Positions 60,680 through 64,000 of a stretch of 64,000 bases of DNA are shown in pieces (the first letter of the stretch is position 1; each line of letters starts with the position of its first letter). The stretch comes from Macrostomum lignano (lineage: Eukaryota). A model generated the notes under the pieces. That model saw only the letters and a list, made by a program, of their open reading frames with translations. It was not told the origin of the DNA and made no database searches. The stretch is taken from NCBI GenBank assembly GCA_002269645.1, contig NIVC01001636.1, positions 5,898 to 69,897 of the forward strand, read 5' to 3'. Position numbers and translations under genes: made by a program.

Positions 60680-62540
60680 CTGCAAGTAGTAGAAAAAAGT
60701 GAAAACTCTTTTGAAAAAAGAGAACAGAAGCGAGATAGTCAATGGACATTGGAACAAATAGTTGTCGAAAGGCACATTAGTCATTACTATTGCAACTCAA
60801 TTAACCTAACCATCGAAAGCTAAATTATCGCTATTTAGCCAGTGTCATCTATCATCAAGTCTTTTTTTTGTATCATATCTGGAGATAGCTAGTAGAAATT
60901 CAAGTTTATCAAATTTGCGCTCAATTCTTTCTGCACCGTATGCAGGCAGGGATACTGAAAAAATGCAGGGAATCCAATCTATACGAAGCCATTCCAAAGG
61001 TAGTATAATCGGTGAAACAATTGCTGAAACAAGGCGGAAATATACGAAAAAAAATTTTCGGCCAAAACTGAGTGGAGGGGGAATTTGCCCCTCTTGCCCC
61101 TTCCGTGGATTCTGCCATTGACCGTACGTTAAAGCCTGAGCTAGCGAGACCCTAAAAAATATTTACTGGCTGCAGTGGGAGTTGACTTTGCTGGTTAGCA
61201 AATATTCAGCGGTTGACTACCGATGCTGCAGTTTACCTTGTCATGCGGACTTGGAGCCCTGCATGTGTGAAGCTCGTAAATTAATGAATTCTGTGAGCGG
61301 AAATGCTGCAATGCGAATGCAACAAGCTTGCGTTTCTGACTTCGTCTATAATTTTTCATTTAATTTGTTTTAATGAACCGGCTTGCTGAAAACAGCAAAA
61401 AATGTGGTCCAATATTTGCCTTATGCAGGGAAGTCAGAGTAGAACGCATGGAGCTTGTCTTCCTATATTGGCACAATAATTACAGCAGCAGCAGCAGTAG
61501 TAATGAAGTCATTTTTGAGTCGCTTGTTATTACATTTTTGACACAGAAGTTTTGAGTTTTTATAGATACCGATTTTCAATGATTTACCTGAAAAACCAGT
61601 CAACCACTGAGAGATAATGACGAAAAAATTAACTGTAGGCAACAATATTAATATGGGTAGCTAGATATAATGTTGTGTTCATAGTTAACACTATATTAGA
61701 ACTAGGTGCCACCGAAAGTTTTAGATAGGAAATTAAGGGTGGTTGAAATACCGAACTGGCTCTCTTTCATATTTCAACTCGTAGACAGAGTGGGTCAACG
61801 GACCGCCGCACTCTTGGGAAGAGTTCCCAGCACAGTAAAAGCCTCAACTGCCGTAGCTCCAGCCGCGGTAGCACTTACTGCCTATCTGAACACCTCTTAG
61901 GGTGAGCCTTATGGAAAGCCTGAAGTCTGGGCACAACGAAGATAGCAACAACCAAATGAAACTCTCTAATTCGGAAAAAGCATTTTTTAATTTTGTTAAA
62001 AAAACCCAACTTTACTGAAAAAATCGTCGTAAAAGGATGTATGCACAGTTTACATCTTACAGTTTACATAAGCTGTAAACTGTAAACTGTAAACTGTAAA
62101 CTGTAAACTTATACTATGCTATAATATTGCTGTTTGTCGATTATCTTATATGCTCCGGCTTGGGACCCGTTTGTGGATCCTTTTTGTGCCTCTCAAGCGT
62201 ACAAAAAGCTTCTCAATAGTACAGGAACTAACTTGAAGCGAACCCTAAAAACAGAACATTCCTAGGAGTTCTAAAAAGGAGTAGCAGTAGCCATCGAAAG
62301 AGGTCACGAATGCAGCTTTCTACGCTTGCTGATCTTCTATCATTGAGCAAAAAATAGAACAGAATAATTCCCGCTCAAAGTATTCCCAAAATTCTTGCAA
62401 AAGCTTTGCCTGGAATTCAAACGAAACTAACTTAGCTATAACTTTGCAGGCTTTTCTCTCCCTTTTCGACAATAGAATGGTGTTTTTTCAACTAAACTGC
62501 TTGCATGAAACTTAAAGTACAATAATATACTCGTACATAA

Positions 62541-63780
62541 AGGGCCCGTTCGGTAAAACTTTCGTAAGTTCCGTCGTTCGATCCAACTTACGCACGAGAG
62601 TTAAGAACCGTCTCAGAACGTTCTTAAGTGCGTTGGGTGAATTTTTCGCAGATAAATTCGTAACTTACGCAGTAGCTGCGATCAAACTTAAGAATTCATG
62701 CCTGACTTTTTCCTCCGCCAGTGGTATTTTTGGAACTGATTTTACCATAATTGGAACTTAAATTCGTAAAAAACACACGTTGCACTCTTAAATTAAAGTA
62801 AGACAAAATCATGCTCATTTATCCATTACCATTACAAGCAATATGAGCCATGACCATTTTGTCACAGGTCGATTCCATTGTTGTATTTAAAACATTAAAA
62901 ACATTCAAACAAGGGTGCCTTATTCATTCGCATATACAAATAAGACCTAGCGAATTGCTTAATTACGCTCCTAGTGTCCTTTGACACATCATGTCATTAA
63001 AATTAAGCTGTTGACGGTTCTCATTACCTCGATTATTCTCTTCTATCGTCACTCTTTCCTGCTCAACGCTAAACGTTCCGTTGCGATCTTCAGCCTCTCT
63101 CTCTCTCGACGAACAATCTGTCGTTTTCAACTTCCAATCGAGCTTCCTCCACCCGAAGACGTTTTATTTCCAAGCTTTCTATCAGCCCAAGTTTGCTTTG
63201 CTCTGGCCGACGCTTCGTGTTCTTAGCAGCGGCGTTGGCAACAGACTCTTCACTTCTTCGTCGTCAGCTGTCTCGTACTCAGGCGATGCGCTCCTGCCAA
63301 CTGCTCCGGCAGATTTATCAGCAGGCGCACTTGCGATATCAATGTACTTGGCCGCCGAGCTTGATGCTGCACTATTGGATTTAGGCAGCTGCAGTGTGTC
63401 AACACCACGTGGCACGCCTTTCACGACCTGTTTTCGGATGGACTGCGCGCCTTCTTCTCTAAACTCGACAGCTGTGGGGCTGTGATGGACCGCCTCCTGT
63501 CTTAGCTTGCTCCTTGCGAATTCTGGCTACTTTGTGCTTCAGTTGACTCTTGAAGTCGGACCACCGCTTTCGGCAGTTCTCTCCAGAACGTCCTTGTCCA
63601 CCGACTGCATTCACGGTATCCGCAATGTGCTGCCATCCGCGTTTTTTTGCGAAAAATCGCTTCGGCAGTGTTTGCGGGCTCTCCCAGTAACCTCTCCGCT
63701 CGGTCGTTGCTTCTTGCAGCGTCTCGAGTTCCGCCGTAGACCAGTTCGCCGCGCGTTTTGTGCTGCGTTAGAATTCATTG
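62541..63780 (-). mobile_element. PIF/Harbinger-like element remnant with a Myb/SANT-like DNA-binding protein ORF (frameshifted)
   Basis: Minus-strand frame ~63760-63450: KRAANWSTAELETLQEA...GWQHIADTVNAVGGQGRSGENCRKRWSDFKSQLKHKVARIRKEQAKTGGGP (trihelix W..W..W, TGGGP tail). GGGCCCG... terminus-like sequence at 62542. No transposase in the window. Confidence 0.68.
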
Positions 63781-64000
63781 CATTCCAAGTATCAGCTTCT
63801 CTTTATGCTGTTGTATGCTATCTTTATGATTGCCACCTACTTAAATATCGATTGGTCAAGGCTGCTTGAAACGCTTTGGCGGCAAGATCAATTATGTTAT
63901 GGTTGGGGGGGGGGGGTGCTCGGCCCAGCTTGAGTCTTTCCCGCGGGGCACTGGTTGGCTGGGCTTGCTTTTTGTGTTTTTCTTTTCTAGCCCCATTCAG

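Noticed and set aside
62073-62107. (CTGTAAA)5 heptamer resembling forkhead sites
   Set aside because: Short simple repeat with no supporting context.

Overview
Eukaryotic (animal, invertebrate) genomic DNA with spliceosomal GT-AG introns and dense transposon content; the gene and TE repertoire is reminiscent of a free-living flatworm such as Macrostomum (inference only). No prokaryotic operons, rRNA or CRISPR arrays were seen. Host genes rebuilt by hand from splice sites and reading-frame phase: (1) a four-exon, ~914-aa ankyrin-repeat + Mab-21/cGAS-like nucleotidyltransferase (ANK-cGLR) on the minus strand (17062..11234), which the ORF track shows as four unrelated ORFs; (2) a family of two-exon secreted WSC + PAN/apple-like proteins (two intact, one with a 1-nt frameshift, several relics); (3) repeated fibrinogen-related-domain (FReD) pseudogene pieces linked to the WSC copies; (4) a two-exon, ~320-aa secreted protein of unknown family plus a pseudogene paralog. 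Mobile DNA: an almost intact Ty3/gypsy element with identical LTRs nested in an Ngaro-type tyrosine-recombinase retrotransposon, a second gypsy element inside a WSC-PAN intron, a decayed gypsy, a Crypton relic, Helentron-like elements carrying tandem arrays, Harbinger-, hAT- and CACTA-like pieces, a THAP relic, RTE fragments, tRNA-derived SINEs and a Polinton-type PolB fragment between inverted repeats. The window reads as a candidate innate-immunity / glycan-recognition cluster undergoing birth-and-death evolution. All assignments come from visual motif recognition, without database searches.
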